A DNA stretch of 64,000 nucleotides from Octopus sinensis (GCF_006345805.1 NC_043010.1:1302001-1366000), one strand, 5' to 3'; positions 12,081 to 26,429 are shown, counted from the stretch's first letter. Made by a program: numbers and translations. The notes: generated from the sequence alone by a model not told the origin.

Positions 12081-12500
12081 TTTTACTCTCTTTTACTCTT
12101 TTAATTGTTTCAGTCATTTCACTGTGGCCATGCTGGAGCACGGCCTTTAGGTCAAGCAAATCGACCCCAGGACTTATTCTTTGTAAGCCTAGTACTTATT
12201 CTATCAGTCTCCTTTTTTGCTGAACCACTAAGTTACAGGGACGTAAACACACCAGCATCAGTTGTCAAGCGATGTTGGGGGGAGAAACATAGACACACAA
12301 ACATACACACACATACACATATATATACATATATACGATGGGTTTCTTTCAGTTTCCATCTACCAAATCCACTCACAAGGCCTTGGTTGACCCAAGGCTA
12401 TAGTAGAATACACTTGCCCAAGGTGCCATGCAGTGGGACTGAACCCAGGAACCATGTGGTTTGTAAGCAAGCTACTTACTACACGTCCACTCCTATGCCT
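12081..12500 (-). mobile_element. tRNA-derived SINE family A (internal microsatellite), full length
   Basis: Reverse complement of the copies at 13904 and 21188. Confidence 0.85.
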
Positions 12501-13120
12501 TTCTTCAATTTTTTTAAATAATTGATCTCATTCTCAATTTTACACTTCATTTCCACTCCGCCTCCTCCTCCTTCGCCTCCTCTCCTCCCCTCCTGCTGCT
12601 GATGGTTTTTGTTGTAGATACTTTTATTACTATTTTTATTGGCATTTACTTTCATTGCCGTTGTTTCTGTTGTTATTGTTGCTGTTTTGTTCCTGTTTAG
12701 CTCAGCTCAGACTTGGCAAACTTTTGAACCAATACATTCCAATAACGACCAATCCATCCTTTTCCAGGGATTGCTTCTCTAAGAATACATATATAAATTG
12801 AGTGAGATGGTGTTGTTCTTTTCTAATAAGCTGGACCACCAAACAATTGCTACTTCATTGGATTGTATTTGTTCCCGCAATATAAGGACGACGGCACAAT
12901 GTTGTTTATATTTAAATAACTAAATTAATGCAAGTAATCTTCCACTACTTTCTCATGATTTCTTTGGAGAGAGAAAGAATGGAGTCCAAATGAACTGCAA
13001 CCATAGTAAAACCATGAGTTCAATCCACATTCCAAACTACTGACCAAAGTGTACAAGATATCCTTATATGCATTCTGATTTCTTACATATATATATTATA
13101 TATATACATATATATATATA

Positions 13121-13177
<57 letters not shown>

Positions 13178-13840
13178 CATCTTCACCTTTACTATCTGTC
13201 CTCCGTCTATCTCTCTCCCTCTCTTGTTCTTCATCCTTTCTGGCTTTCTCTCCACCCTTCCCTATTCTTCTCCTCTCCCCTTCACCGTTCCCTCTCTCTT
13301 AATCCTCCTCCTCCTCCTCGACTCTCTCGTCACTGACATGTGATCAGAGGGAAACCATCTTTCCAACTGCTATCTTCACCAAAACCAGACCAGCTTATCC
13401 TGTCTCTCTCATAAGATGTCTCCTTAAGCGTTCAGAATAATTTTTCCATTGTCTTGTTATTCTCTTTGTTCTGTCTTTTATTGTTTTTACTTTTATTGTT
13501 TTGTTCTCACTGTCCTGTTCTTGTTACCAATTTCACCCTCTGCAAAAAGTTCCAAATTTTATTTGATTTGCTTTGCGGGAAGGACTGTTTCAACGAAGTC
13601 GCATCTTGTCCTTGCCTTCGAAACGTGGAGTAGATGAAACAGGGACAACTGAAGAAGGGGAATATTCTTTATGTTGTATGTCTTGTTTCTCTGTATTTTT
13701 GTTGTTTGAAAAAAAAGTTCGTTTCCATGCTTTTGTTTTTATGTTTTCGTTTCTCATTGTGTTCAAAGTTTTTTTGGTGTCCTGTACACATATATACATG
13801 TATGTATACATATAGATGTAGGTATGAACATATATATATA

Positions 13841-13884
<44 letters not shown>

Positions 13885-13903
13885 GTATGTATATATATAT
13901 ATA

Positions 13904-14328
13904 TAGGTGCAGGAGTGACTGTGTGATTAGAAGCTTGCTTACCAACCACATGGTTCTAGGTTCAGTCCCACTGCATGGCACCTTGGGTAAGTGTCTCCTA
14001 CTATATCCATGGGCTGACCAAAGCCTTGTGAATGGATTTGGTAGACGGAAACTGAAAGATGCCCGTCGTATATATGTAGATATATATGTGTGTGTGTGTA
14101 TGTGTATGTGTGTGTGTATGTTTGTGTGCCTGTGTTTGTCCCCCAACGTCGCTTTACAACCAATGCTGGTGTGTTTACGTCCCTGTAAGTTAGTGGTTCG
14201 GCAAAAGAGACCAATAGAAAAAATACTAGGCTTACAAAGAATAAGTCCTTGGGTTGATTTGCTTGACTAAAGGTGGTGCTCCAGCATGGCCAAAGTCAAA
14301 TGACTGAAACAAGTAAAAGAGTAAAAGA
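13904..14328 (+). mobile_element. SINE family A, full length
   Basis: Pol III-like head (GGTTCAGTCCC B box), internal (TA/TG)n and AGTAAAAG tail repeats. Confidence 0.85.
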
Positions 14329-15096
14329 TTAACTGTGTTGTAAAATAGTAAGATTGCTGTTTTATTAATCCTTGTTGCTGAGTATTCCTGAGACAATAGG
14401 TAATATGGAATCCAGTATGCAAACACAAGTTTTGCATAATGTCAATATAGCTGAGAAAAAATGCCCCAGGGGCGTATTTTACATACTAAATATGAATTTT
14501 GTTAGACTTATCACATATTTAGTATAATGAAATAATAAATTATGATTCACTGAAATTATCGGATAGAAATCCCTCTTTGAGTGCTTAAAATATGAAAACA
14601 ACAAAATAACAGGCATAATTCCAATATAATCAGCATAAATTCTGGAAAATATATTAGTTTGTTTGTTCTTTAAAGCCAATTTGTGAAAGTAAAAGTCATG
14701 TTTCAGAGCTAATAAACCTCTTCAGTGAAGCTTATTTAACTCAGCACTTAAGATGTAAAACTCATCATTCTCTCTATCTGTATATCTGTCTGTCTGTCTA
14801 TTGATCTTTCTGTCTATCAGCACACACACACACACACACCACACACAACACACACACACACACACATACACATATGTACATATGTATATATATGTATATG
14901 TACTTGTATATATATAAGATATATTTGTATGTATATACATGTATATATATATGCATGTATATATATATATATGTATATGTGTGTATAAACATATATATGT
15001 ACATAAAGACACATACTGACACACATCTATGCATGCCTGCTCTCCAGCATGTCCACAGCCTTTGGCAAAAGCTCAGAAAATATAAATTATATATAT

Positions 15097-16050
15097 ATGA
15101 GAGCCCTTACCTCTGCTGGTGACAAAAGGCCTCTCGCTCAGAGTAAAAGGCAGACTGTATGATGCATGTGTACGAACAGCCATGCTACATGGTAGTGAAA
15201 CATGGGCTGTGACTGCTGAGGATATGCGTAAGCTCACAAGAAATGAAGCCAGTATGCTCCAATGGATGTGTAATGTCAGTGTTCATACTCGACAGAGTGT
15301 AAGTACCTTGAGAGAAAAGTTGGACCTAAGAAGCATCAGTTGTGGTGTGCAAGAGAGACGTTTGCGCTGGTATGGTCACGTGGCAAGAATGGATGAAGAT
15401 AATTGTGTGAAAAAGTGCCACATCCTAGCGGTTGAGGGAACCTGTGGAAGAGGTAGACCCAGGAAAACCTGGGACGAGGTGGTGAAGCACGACCTTCGAA
15501 CTTTAGGTCTCACTGAGGAAATGACTAGAGACCGAGACCTATGGAAGTATGCTGTGCATGAGAAGACCCGGCAAGACAAGTGAGACCATAACCCATGGCC
15601 TCTACCTGGGATGTAGCCAGTCCACTTATGCATACCTTTCCTTCTTGAGACACAAAACTCTACTTGTGAAGACCTGTTGAGGCAAGTGAGAATCAGAATC
15701 GAAATCAATCAACATCAATGGAATTTGTAGCTGTGATACCAGTGCCGGTGGCACGTAAGCAAACCATCCGAATGTGGCCGTTGCCAGCGCCGCCCCAACG
15801 CGCCTCCGTGCCAGTGGCACGTAAAAAGCACCATCCGACCGTGGCCGTTTGCCAGCCCCGTCTGGCACGTAAAAAGCACCCACTACACTCACGTAGTGGT
15901 TGGTGTTAGGAAGGGCATCCAGCCGTAGAAACATTGCCAGATAAGACTGGGCCTGGTGCAGCCTTCTGGCTTCCCAGACCCCAGTTGAACCGTCCAACCC
16001 ATGCTAGCATGGAAAGCGGATGCTAAATGATGATGATGATGATGATGGTG
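15097..16050 (+). mobile_element. RTE-clade LINE, 5'-truncated, with 3'UTR and (GAT)n tail
   Basis: ORF 15119-15583 has LHGSETW, RLRWYGHVARM and GRGRPRKTW. The 3'UTR contains repeated GGCACGTAA blocks. Confidence 0.88.
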
Positions 16051-16126
16051 ATGGTATGTATATGGACACACAAGCACACATAGTCACACACACACACACA
16101 CACTCACACATACACATTCACACACA

Positions 16127-16173
<47 letters not shown>

Positions 16174-16889
16174 ATGTAAATAGAGAGAAATCTTAACAAT
16201 ATGGCTGCAGGAGTGTTCTGCTAACTAAATCCATATAAGGCAAGGCCTCGCATATGTAATACGATAAGTTGAAAAACTTCAATTAACTGGGAATATCATG
16301 CAATTAGTCCATGCAATTAGTAGACAAAATCTCCCTCTAGGGCGTTTTAAAATCTAAAAGAAGCAAACATGCAAGGGAGGTAATTCTGAGAAAGTCAATT
16401 AACTGCACTATTGTTTTCGTTTTCATTTCATTGTTTATAATGTTTGTTGTTGTTGTTGTTGATGTTTTATTTTTATTGTTTTTGGTGTTTTTTATTGTTG
16501 TTGGTGTTGTTGTTCTTGTTGATGTTGTAGCATGTTTTCTAATTGTTTATTTGCCTCCCTGCTTTCAAGAACAATCCGTATTAGGCCAGGCTTTAATCAG
16601 TTAGAAACATTCCATGTCTTTAGGACATGTTTACCAAATTAGGTGACAGCAAATGATGATTATTCTATTCCTTCACCTCTTTCTCTTCTTCCTTTTTCTT
16701 TCACACTCTTTCTTTCCCCCTTTCTCCTCCCACCCTCATTATGATCCCTTTTGTTCCGGTTCTTGTTCACACTGTTGTAATTCTGCGTGTCTTGTTATTA
16801 CGCTTCTTTCCTCCTCCTCCTCCTCCTACTACTACTACTACTACGGATGCTGCTACTAATACTACTGCTGCTGCTGCTGCTACTACTAT

Positions 16890-16920
<31 letters not shown>

Positions 16921-17029
16921 TCTACTGTTGCCGCTGGTGCTGCTGCTGCTGCTACTACTACTACTACTACTACTACAACTAAGGGTTTTAAATTTTGGTG
17001 CAAGGCCAGCAATTTCACGAGAGGGAGCA

Positions 17030-17182
17030 ATGCCATTATATCGACCCTCAATGCTCAAATGTTACTTATTTTATTGACCCTAAATGAATGAAAGACAAAG
17101 TCAACCTTGAAGGAATTTGAACTCAAAATGCAAAGACAGACAAAACGCCTCTAAGCATTTTGTCTGACATGCCAGCAATTGT
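17030..17182 (-). mobile_element. CORE-like SINE (family B), decayed
   Basis: Homologous to 55483-55718. Confidence 0.65.
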
Positions 17183-17304
17183 TCCTCATCATCAGCATCT
17201 TTCTTCTCTAACTGTTCTACTTTCTATTCTTCTATTTCCTCCTCCTCTTCATCATCATCATCATCACCCTTACCAGAGCTTTAGACACAATATCTTGCCA
17301 TATT

Positions 17305-17460
17305 TAGATGTGAAGGGCATCCAGCCATAAAATCCAAGCCAAACCAGGCAGGAACTTGATGCAGCCATCCTACTTGCCAGCTCTGGTCAAACCGTCCAGC
17401 CCGAGCCAAGCCTGGAAAGCATGCGTTAAATAACGATGATGATGGTGGTGATGATGATGA
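17305..17460 (+). mobile_element. RTE 3'-tail fragment
   Basis: AAGGGCATCCAGCC...ACCGTCC...(GAT)n, homologous to 15910-16050. Confidence 0.7.
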
Positions 17461-17699
17461 TGGTAGTGTTGGCTATGTTGGTGGTGGTGGTGATGACCAT
17501 ATTTTGAGACCAAATTTCCTCATGACCCAGGTCAGCTTTGACTTTCATTCCTCCGGATTCAATAAATTAAAATACCAGTTATGTATTGGGGTTTATTTAA
17601 TTGTTTAAAACCTCACCTTCAGATTTACAGCCTTCAGCCCATGCTGAAAATTATTTCAACTATTATTTGACGAACATTCTGGTGGAGGTGCTTGTTGTA

Positions 17700-18365
17700 A
17701 TAATAATAACGATGATGACAGCAATGCTGCTGGAGATGATGATGATGAAAATAATCGTGCTGATAATGATGGTGATAGCAATGATGATGATGACGATGAT
17801 AATGATGATGAGATGATGACGATGATTATGGTGGTGATGGAGGCAGTAGTGGTGGTGGCGATGGTGCTGATGATGAAGACACATGATGATGATGTTGACG
17901 ATGATGATGACGAAGATGATGATGATGGTGATGATGTTGATATCGATGATGATGATGATATTCATGGCAGCATCAGTGATGATGATGATGATGATGACAG
18001 GTACCAATGAAGACAATTTTTTAAAGTGATAATGAGGCTATGTAGTTAAATGGTAAGGACAAAATTGATATTAATTGTAGTAGTAGTAGCAGTAGTAGTA
18101 GCAGTAGTAGTAGCAGTAGTAGTAGTAGCAGCAGCAGCAGCAGAAGTGGTGGTGGTAGTGGGAGGGGTGTTGTAATTGTGGTGATGGTGTTGGTGTTTTT
18201 AGGGGTGGTGGTGTTTGTGACGGTGGTGGTAGTGGCAGTGGCCTACAGTGTTGACGGTTGTAGTAGTGGTTGTGGTTGTGGTGGTATTGGTGGGTGGGTG
18301 ATGATGACGATGGTGACAACAAAGATTTTGACAACCATGATGACGATGATCACCAACACCATGAT
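17700..18365. repeat. Compound trinucleotide microsatellite (GAT/GTA/GCA/GGT)
   Basis: Successive triplet tracts. Confidence 0.85.
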
Positions 18366-18690
18366 GCTGATGGAAAAAAGACTCTCGAGCATTTTGCGGT
18401 TCCATGTTTTTGCTGTTGCTTCCTTGCTTAAGCAGCCGACTTCTATAAATTTCAAACGTTAACAGAGATTACAAAAGAAGACAAAGGGAGTTAATCCTGC
18501 TATCTCTCTTGAGGAATGACTGTCATTTTGTGTGGCATATCTACAATCGGAAGACCATTTATGGTAGTTCTGTAACAACTGTCTACATCTAAAATATGTT
18601 TCTATGTTTCTCTTCATTTAGTGTCTTGGTGGAACAAAGATTATTGCATGTGCGTGGTGAGGGTGTGTGTGTGCATATATATATATATAT

Positions 18691-18795
<105 letters not shown>

Positions 18796-19204
18796 TATGT
18801 ATATATATATGTGTATATATATTTCGTTTTTGGATTTGGTTTGCAAGATTCTTTACATGAGTTCGTGTGTTGAAGCATATTCTGTTGTGTCTAGGGAGAG
18901 TCATTTTCTTTTTGTGCCTGTATGTATATATATATATTACATATGTATATTACATATATATATATATATGTGTATGTAATTATACATATACATATATGTA
19001 TGTGTATATATACATATATACATTTATATATATGTATGTACATATGTATATATGTGTATATATATATATGCATGTGTATGTACATATATATATATGTATA
19101 TATATATATACACACTAGCATACATAATACATGTACACACACAAGCATACATAATACACATACACACACATACATTTATGTATGTGTGTGTATACATACA
19201 TATG

Positions 19205-19800
19205 CACCAGTCCAGACGTTTTTTTCCTCTGTTCAAAGCCATCTTGGAACTCTTGCAAAGTGATGCCCTTTAATGCCTCCATCATTTTTTTCTTCACCTC
19301 TTCTACATCTGCAAATCCCTTAACACCAGTGAAGACCTTCAGAAAAAGTCCAGTTCAGTTTCCAACTGTTCTTTCAGTTCAGAACACACATTCAGTCATG
19401 ACTACTTTTGATCTTCTGTGAGCAAGTGAGGCACAGATTTTGCTGCGACTTTTTTCATTCACAATTCCTTGATCAAAATTCTTCGGCAGGAGCTCCAAGA
19501 TACACTAGTCACATCAAGAAGTTTGTCGATTGTTCAGTGATGGTCCTCCAAAATCAGTTCATGAATTTTCATAATGTTTTCATCCATCCAGGAGGTTGAT
19601 GGTTGTCCTGAACGGGGTTGGTCCTCAAGTGACAAATGACCATTCCTAAAGCATGAAAACCACTCATAAACTTGTGTTTTTCTCATAGTAGTGGTCTTGT
19701 AAGTGGACTGAATCATGACAACTATTTTAGCCACCCTTTTCCCCAACAGGAAGCAAAATTTCATGGAAGTATGCTGTCCTTACATTTCAGCCATTGCTCA
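19205..19800 (-). mobile_element. mariner remnant (HTH and extreme C-terminus, catalytic core deleted)
   Basis: MKFCFLLGK...TQVYEWF...LEDQPRSGQPST at the N-terminus; [19 protein letters not shown] at the C-terminus. Confidence 0.75.
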
Positions 19801-20199
19801 AATCGACAAATAAGAGAGACATACTGCAAAACAAAGACGCACCATGTGGCAGTATGACCTGAGATACTGCCACGGGTTGGCAGGCTGATGCCTGAGAGTG
19901 GCATCAATGTTAGGGGTTATGTGATCATGAAAATTTTCAACCATCCATTCCTGTGTTACTAGAGCCATGTGTGATAGTGCAGACTCTTACTGAAACACAT
20001 ATGGCCTTCCATTGCATACACTGTCTATCTAGGTTTTAACACTTGTGTCCAGAACCCCAATGTAGGTGGCAGAGTTAACTCTAAGGCCTTGTGGGAGGAA
20101 GTATGGAGGTATCACATGTCCTTCATTGCTGACAATCCCTAAAACTATGACACTTGCAGAAAATTTTGTATGCATAACACTTGGAATTTCAGAAAAGTC

Positions 20200-20825
20200 T
20201 GCACACAACCTTCTATTATTTCTCCTATTAACGTTTTGATATTAGTCAAGGATTTTCTTATTTGAGATAAGCCAAATCAAATCTTCTTCTGCTGGATTTT
20301 TCAGTTTGTTTAGAGCCTTTTAGATGTGGTGTAGTGATTTTCTTTTGCTTTTTCTGAGAAATTGTCCTTTCCTCATAATATAAGACTTATATCTGATGTC
20401 TTCATGGACAACATTCTTGACTGTTCCTTCTGATACATGGAGATCTTTTGCAATTGACCTCATGAACTTTCTGGGATTATAACCAAGGGTCTGTTAAGCT
20501 TGCTGAATAAATTCAATAGTTCTAATGATTTCAGAGCATTTAGAATGCTTTTTATGCTTTGATACTGGTGATACGTTTCCATCTTCAGTCTCTAACTCCT
20601 TACAAACTTTGTAGAGAAAAGTCTGGAAACTTTTAAAAAGTCGAGATATTCCTAAATTGCTATGCTCAGCCTTTATAACCACAATAACAGCATGCCTCTT
20701 CATTTCTTAAGAAAGTTGAGGGTCTGCCATTATTATTTTCTCAAACAAAGATTATACAGAGTTAGCAAAAAATGTAGCAATGACCTGAAAAAGGTCAGTC
20801 CTCAAATACCTTAATGCACCTGTAT
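20200..20825 (-). mobile_element. maT/Tc1-mariner 5' remnant
   Basis: MKRHAVIVVIKAEHSNL...KHKKHSKCS resembles the N-termini of the copies at 27130 and 39275. Confidence 0.55.
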
Positions 20826-20949
20826 ACATATATGTAACGGATGTAAATGAGCATTGCTGTCATACAAGCATGCATATATATATATATATATACATTATAT
20901 TATATATGTATATATATACACATATATACATACATACATACATACATAA

Positions 20950-21180
20950 ATGTGGGGATCATTGCTGTCCATAGTAATCCAAACTGTTTCCAGGTCTTCT
21001 TAGCTTGTCCAGTTTCCCTCCTTCCTTCACACTGGATGTCTAACTCTTGTCTTGCAATGCTTTTTGGAGGTCTCCTGAGAGTGTCATCGATTCAACCCCA
21101 TTTCCTTTTCAGGATTTCTTTAAGGCAGCAACCTGGTAGACTCATTAGAGAATCAGACAAAATGCCTTGCAGTATTTCTT
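20950..21180 (-). mobile_element. RTE-like LINE C-terminal fragment
   Basis: KRKWG*IDDTLRRPPKSIARQ...GRRETGQAKKTW. Confidence 0.6.
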
Positions 21181-21187
21181 CAGTTTG

Positions 21188-21602
21188 TAGGCATAGGAGT
21201 GGCTGTGTGGTAAGTAGCTTGCTTACAAACCACATAGTTCCAGGTTCAGTCTCCCTGCGTGGCACCTTGGGCAAGTGTCTTCTACTATAGCCTTAGGCTG
21301 ACCAAAGCCTTGTGAGTGGATTTGGTAGATGGAAACTGAAAGAAGCCCATCATATATATGTATATATATATGTATGTGTGTGTATAAGTTTGTGTGTCTG
21401 TGTTTGTCACCCCAACATCACTTGACAACCGATGCTGGTGTGTTTATGTCCCCGTAACTTAGTGGTTCGGCAAAAGAGACTGATAGAATAAGTACTAGGC
21501 TTACAAAGAATAAGTCCTAGGGTCGATTTGCTCAGCTAAAGGTGATGCTCCAGCATGGCCACAGTCAAATGACTGAAACAAGTAAAAGCAAAGAGTAAAA
21601 GA
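21188..21602 (+). mobile_element. SINE family A, full length
   Basis: As 13904-14328. Confidence 0.85.
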
Positions 21603-21718
21603 TTACTGATGGAAGCTTGGTTCAGTCTATCCCACAGATTTGCAGTTTGGAATTCTGTTGAGCCACAAGATCTTTGGGGTGGAGCACAGACATTTGCTGA
21701 TGAAGATCTGTCACTTAC

Positions 21719-21880
21719 ATTTTATGGATTTGGTGACCCTCCAACTTTCTGACCTGTAATGAAGAACAGCTTCGAAGTTGGAATCAAAGATACAGATAAT
21801 GTAGTTGTTGATATTTGTAATCAACAGGATCGCCATGGCTGGATCCAGTTTGATCATAGATCTATAGGATAAGGATTGAC
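21719..21880 (-). CDS. Candidate internal coding exon of an unidentified host gene
   Basis: Unique sequence. Acceptor TTGTTTGTGTCTAGCCTCAG and donor GTAAGT. 162 nt, phase 1-1, with one open frame (QSLSYRSMIKLDPAM...RVTKSIK). Product not recognised. Confidence 0.3.
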
Positions 21881-22256
21881 CTGAGGCTAGACACAAACAA
21901 CAAATGCTTTCTGTACTGTGGCCATCCACACCACCACCACCAACAACAACACCACCACCGACAACAACATCATCACAACCACCATTATCACCACCACCAC
22001 CACCACCACCACCACCACTACCACCATTCTCAATCAATTCACACAAATACATGCCTGAATAATGTTCAATCAGATTAATTTTGATGGCTAAGCTTAGAGA
22101 TTATCCTTACAACGTATATAGACTGACAGATTATTGTAGATATGCCGTGTTTGTGTGCTTATCACCAAAACATTGTCGCATTAAAAAGTAATGCTTGTGC
22201 GTGTGAAATTGAGCAGAAAGGATTACGTGTGTCTATGTAAGTATAAGTATATGTAA

Positions 22257-22282
<26 letters not shown>

Positions 22283-22288
<6 letters not shown>

Positions 22289-22343
22289 ACATGTACGCGT
22301 GTTTGTTCATCTGTATAATGCACACATGCATACACATGTATAT

Positions 22344-22378
<35 letters not shown>

Positions 22379-23423
22379 GAGAGAGAGGGAGAGAGAGATA
22401 CGTACATATATATGTGTGTGTGTATATAATATATATATATATATGTATATAAGTATATATATATATATATACATATATGCGTGTGTGTGTGTGTATATAT
22501 ATATATAATATATATATATATATATACATATACACACACACACAAATATATATTAATATGCATATATTTACATGATGGTACACATGCACACACACACACA
22601 CACATACACACAAGTATATATATGTATATATATACAAGCACATACAAATATACGTAGATACATGAGGGTATTTTGTTGATGTTACGTGAGTGAAGATATA
22701 GCTTTGTTGAAGCAGGAAGTAATAATTGTGCTAGAGATGGAAGAGGTAGCTGATGTGTGGGTGGTCGTGAGAGTCTGTATATATGCATACATGAGTATGT
22801 ATATATATATATACACACACACACACACATACATATATACATATATGGCACCTGTGTGGGTGGCATGTAAAAAGCACCCACTACACTCATGGAGTGGTTG
22901 GCGTTAGGAAGGGCATCCAGCAGTAGAAACACTGCCAGATCTGACTGGCCTGATGCAGCCTCCTGGCTTCATAGACCCCAGTTGAACCGTCCAACCAATG
23001 CTAGCATGGAGAGCGGACGCTAAATGCTGATGATGATGATTATGATACATACATATATATATATATATACACATACACATGCATATATTACACACACACA
23101 CATATATATATACATATACATACAAGCATATAAATATTTCTTTTATTTCTTTTATTTGTTTCAGTGAAATGGCTGTGGCCATGCTGTAGCGATTCAAGTG
23201 GTGATAATTCCATGTGTTGGTACTCATTAACACTTGAAACTCTCAGCACTTGAGTCACTATGTCATTTCTGCTGATTATTAACAAAATAATTCCATATAT
23301 ATATATTAATATGTTGAGTTCATATATATATATATATATATGTGTGTGTGGTGTGTGTGTGTGTATGTACATGTACGCGTGTTTGTTCATCTGTATAATG
23401 CACACATGCATACACATGTATAT

Positions 23424-23456
<33 letters not shown>

Positions 23457-23560
23457 GAGAGAGAGGGAGAGAGAGATACGTACATATATATGTGTGTGTG
23501 TATATATATATATATATGTATATAAGTATATATATATATACATATATGCGTGTGTGTGTG

Positions 23561-23634
<74 letters not shown>

Positions 23635-24423
23635 CACCACACACAAATATATATAATATGCATATATTTACATGATGGTACACATGCACACACACACACA
23701 CACACATACACACAAGTATATATATGTATATATATACAAGCACATACAAATATACGTAGATACATGAGGGTATTTTGTTGATGTTACGTGAGTGAAGATA
23801 TAGCTTTGTTGAAGCAGGAAGTAATAATTGTGGTAGAGATGGAAGAGGTAGCTGATGTGTGGGTGGTCGTGAGAGTCTGTATATATGCATACATGAGTAT
23901 GTATATATATATATATACACACACACACACATACATATATACATATATGGCACCTGTGCGGGTGGCACGTAAAAAGCACCCACTACACTCATGGAGTGGT
24001 TGGCGTTAGGAAGGGCATCCAGCAGTAGAAACACTGCCAGATCTGACTGGCCTGATGCAGCCTCCTGGCTTCATAGACCCCAGTTGAACCGTCCAACCCA
24101 TGCTAGCATGGAGAGCGGACGCTAAATGATGATGATGATGATGATGATACATACATATATATATATATATACACATACACATGCATATATTACACACACA
24201 CACATACATATATACATATACATACAAGCATATAAATATTTCTTTTATTTCTTTTATTTGTTTCAGTGAAATGGCTGTGGCCATGCTGTAGCGATTCAAG
24301 TGGTGATAATTCCATGTGTTGGTACTCATTAACACTTGAAACTCTCAGCACTTGAGTCACTATGTCATTTCTGCTGATTATTAACAAAATAATTCCATAT
24401 ATATATATTAATATGTTGAGTTC

Positions 24424-24426
<3 letters not shown>
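22283..24426. repeat. Near-identical tandem duplication of a ~1.1-kb block
   Basis: 22283-23325 versus 23363-24426. Paired ORFs are offset by 1102. Each copy includes an RTE-tail fragment (22848-23045 and 23950-24148). Confidence 0.92.
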
Positions 24427-24459
<33 letters not shown>

Positions 24460-24460
<1 letters not shown>

Positions 24461-24604
24461 AAGGTGCCTGGCTCACTGGGTAGAGTGTCGAGCTTACGAT
24501 CGTGAGGTTGTGAGTTTGATTCCCAGACCGGGCTGCATGCTGTGTTCTTGAGCAAGACATTTTATTTCACGTTGCTCCAGTTCAGTCCAGCTGTAGAAAT
24601 GAGT
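24460..24604 (+). mobile_element. tRNA-derived SINE family C, 5' part
   Basis: A/B-box-like head followed by a CTTGAGCAAGAC...CACGTTGCT domain shared with 57345-57625. Confidence 0.7.
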
Positions 24605-24723
24605 TGCAGTTAAGTCTATGTCCAGTCATAGAGTGACCAATGGTTTTGTATCCATAAAGGACTTAGTCCCTTGGATGACTTGTATATATATATATGTATG
24701 TATATATATATATATACACACAT

Positions 24724-24792
<69 letters not shown>

Positions 24793-25009
24793 CATGAGTG
24801 ATTGGACAAATGATAGAATGGCTGGCACTCAACACATTTATTAGGAGTTACATGTGTGGATCAAATCAGGTTGACTGAAATTCCATCCTGCTTTAAGTTT
24901 CAAATCTTGTGAAGCTTATCGATGGGAGGTGGAAATTTGATTCCACTGCCTGAAGGAAAGCTTCACAAGCTTTAAGTGGCACGGAATTTGAATCAAACTG
25001 TTTTGATCT

Positions 25010-25381
25010 ATGGCACATAAAAAGCACCATTTGAGCGTGATCGTTACCAGCACTGTTCATTACTAGCAATTATGCCGGTCACACATGAACAAAACATTCG
25101 AGCGAGGTCATTGCCAGTGCCACTGGACTGACTCCTGTGTAGGTGGCACGTAAAAAACACCATTTGAGTGTGGCCGTCGCCAGTACCGCCAGAATGGCCC
25201 TCGTGCTGGTGGCACATAAAAACACCCACTACACTCACGGAGTGGTTGGCGTTAGGAAGTGCATTCAGCTGTGGAAACTTTGCCAGATCAGATTGGAGTC
25301 TGGTGCAGCCATCTGGTTTGCCAGTCCTCAGTCAAACCGGCCAACTTATGCCAGTGTGGAAAGTGGATGTTAAACGACGAC

Positions 25382-25415
<34 letters not shown>
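25010..25415 (+). mobile_element. RTE 3'UTR-derived fragment with (GAT)n tail
   Basis: Three GGCAC(A/G)TAAAAA blocks and a tail homologous to 15740-16050. Confidence 0.8.
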
Positions 25416-25416
<1 letters not shown>

Positions 25417-25509
25417 GAGGAGAGAAGGGGCAAAGGCAGATTAACAAAAACACAGACAGAGGGAAGTGAGAGGTTAGGACAGACATATATATATATATAT
25501 TTATTTATA

Positions 25510-25714
25510 TGCAGTTAAGTCTATGTCCAGTCATAGTGTGACCAATGGTTTTGTATCCATAAAGGGCTTCGTCTCTTGGATGACTTGTCAGACTCTAAAG
25601 CCAAACGCATATAATTCTTCAACTCAGAGTCTGATGAGTCATCCAAGGGGCCAAAACCCTTTTATGGATGCAAGACCACTGGTCACTCTCTGACCGGACA
25701 TTGATTTAACTGCA
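25510..25714. mobile_element. 205-bp palindromic element made of two head-to-head degenerate hammerhead units
   Basis: ~90-bp inverted arms. The + arm reads AGAGT-CTGATGA-GTC..GCC-AAAA-CC...GG-TC-ACTCT. A third partial arm lies at 24605-24682. Confidence 0.7.
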
Positions 25715-26429
25715 AATAAATAAATTACTACCCTATTCTTTAGAGTGTGCTTCTTTTGTGGATATATGCTACACTGACCATCTCTCCCTCTCTCTTTCTA
25801 TATATATATATATACACACACAACTATTTATAGTCATCTAAACATATACAAAAACACTCATATATGAACATACATTTATATGTAAATATGTACATGTCTA
25901 TACAAAAATAACAAGAACACACACATACACACACATGCATGCATGCATAAAAACACACACACACGCATGCATATACCCATACACATGCGTACACACACAC
26001 ACACACACATTTACATATATCCATAAATGATTTCCTCTTACTAATTCCATTAGTGTTCTCACCAACTTGAGCATTAACGAGTAAACTTCATTTAGTTCCG
26101 TTGACAACACTACAGGGTTCGGCCCAACACAACTGACTCTATTTAAGCACAGCATTATACACCACACCTCAATTCCATTCTTCCAAACAGTAATTAACAT
26201 ATATTAATTTATTGGCCAGATTATTACCTTACTTACATAACCAGCTTCTTACACACACATTCTCCCTTACCTTTGTTTCTTTTAATTGAATTAGACAAGG
26301 GGACTTGATGGTTTTTTTATGGTTAAGCTTGTGGTGTTGGTGGTGGTGGTGGGTGTTGTGGTGGTGGTTGTGATTGTGGCTGTGAGTCACAATTAGAGTC
26401 GTTGCCTTTAAAAATTACCTTTGATAATG

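Noticed and set aside
13590-13690. GAAAC...CTGAAGA as a permuted hammerhead
   Set aside because: There is no valid cleavage triplet or stem I.
17813-18010. Poly-Asp ORF resembling an acidic biomineral protein
   Set aside because: It lies within a compound GAT microsatellite that is open in several frames, with no signal peptide or convincing splice context.
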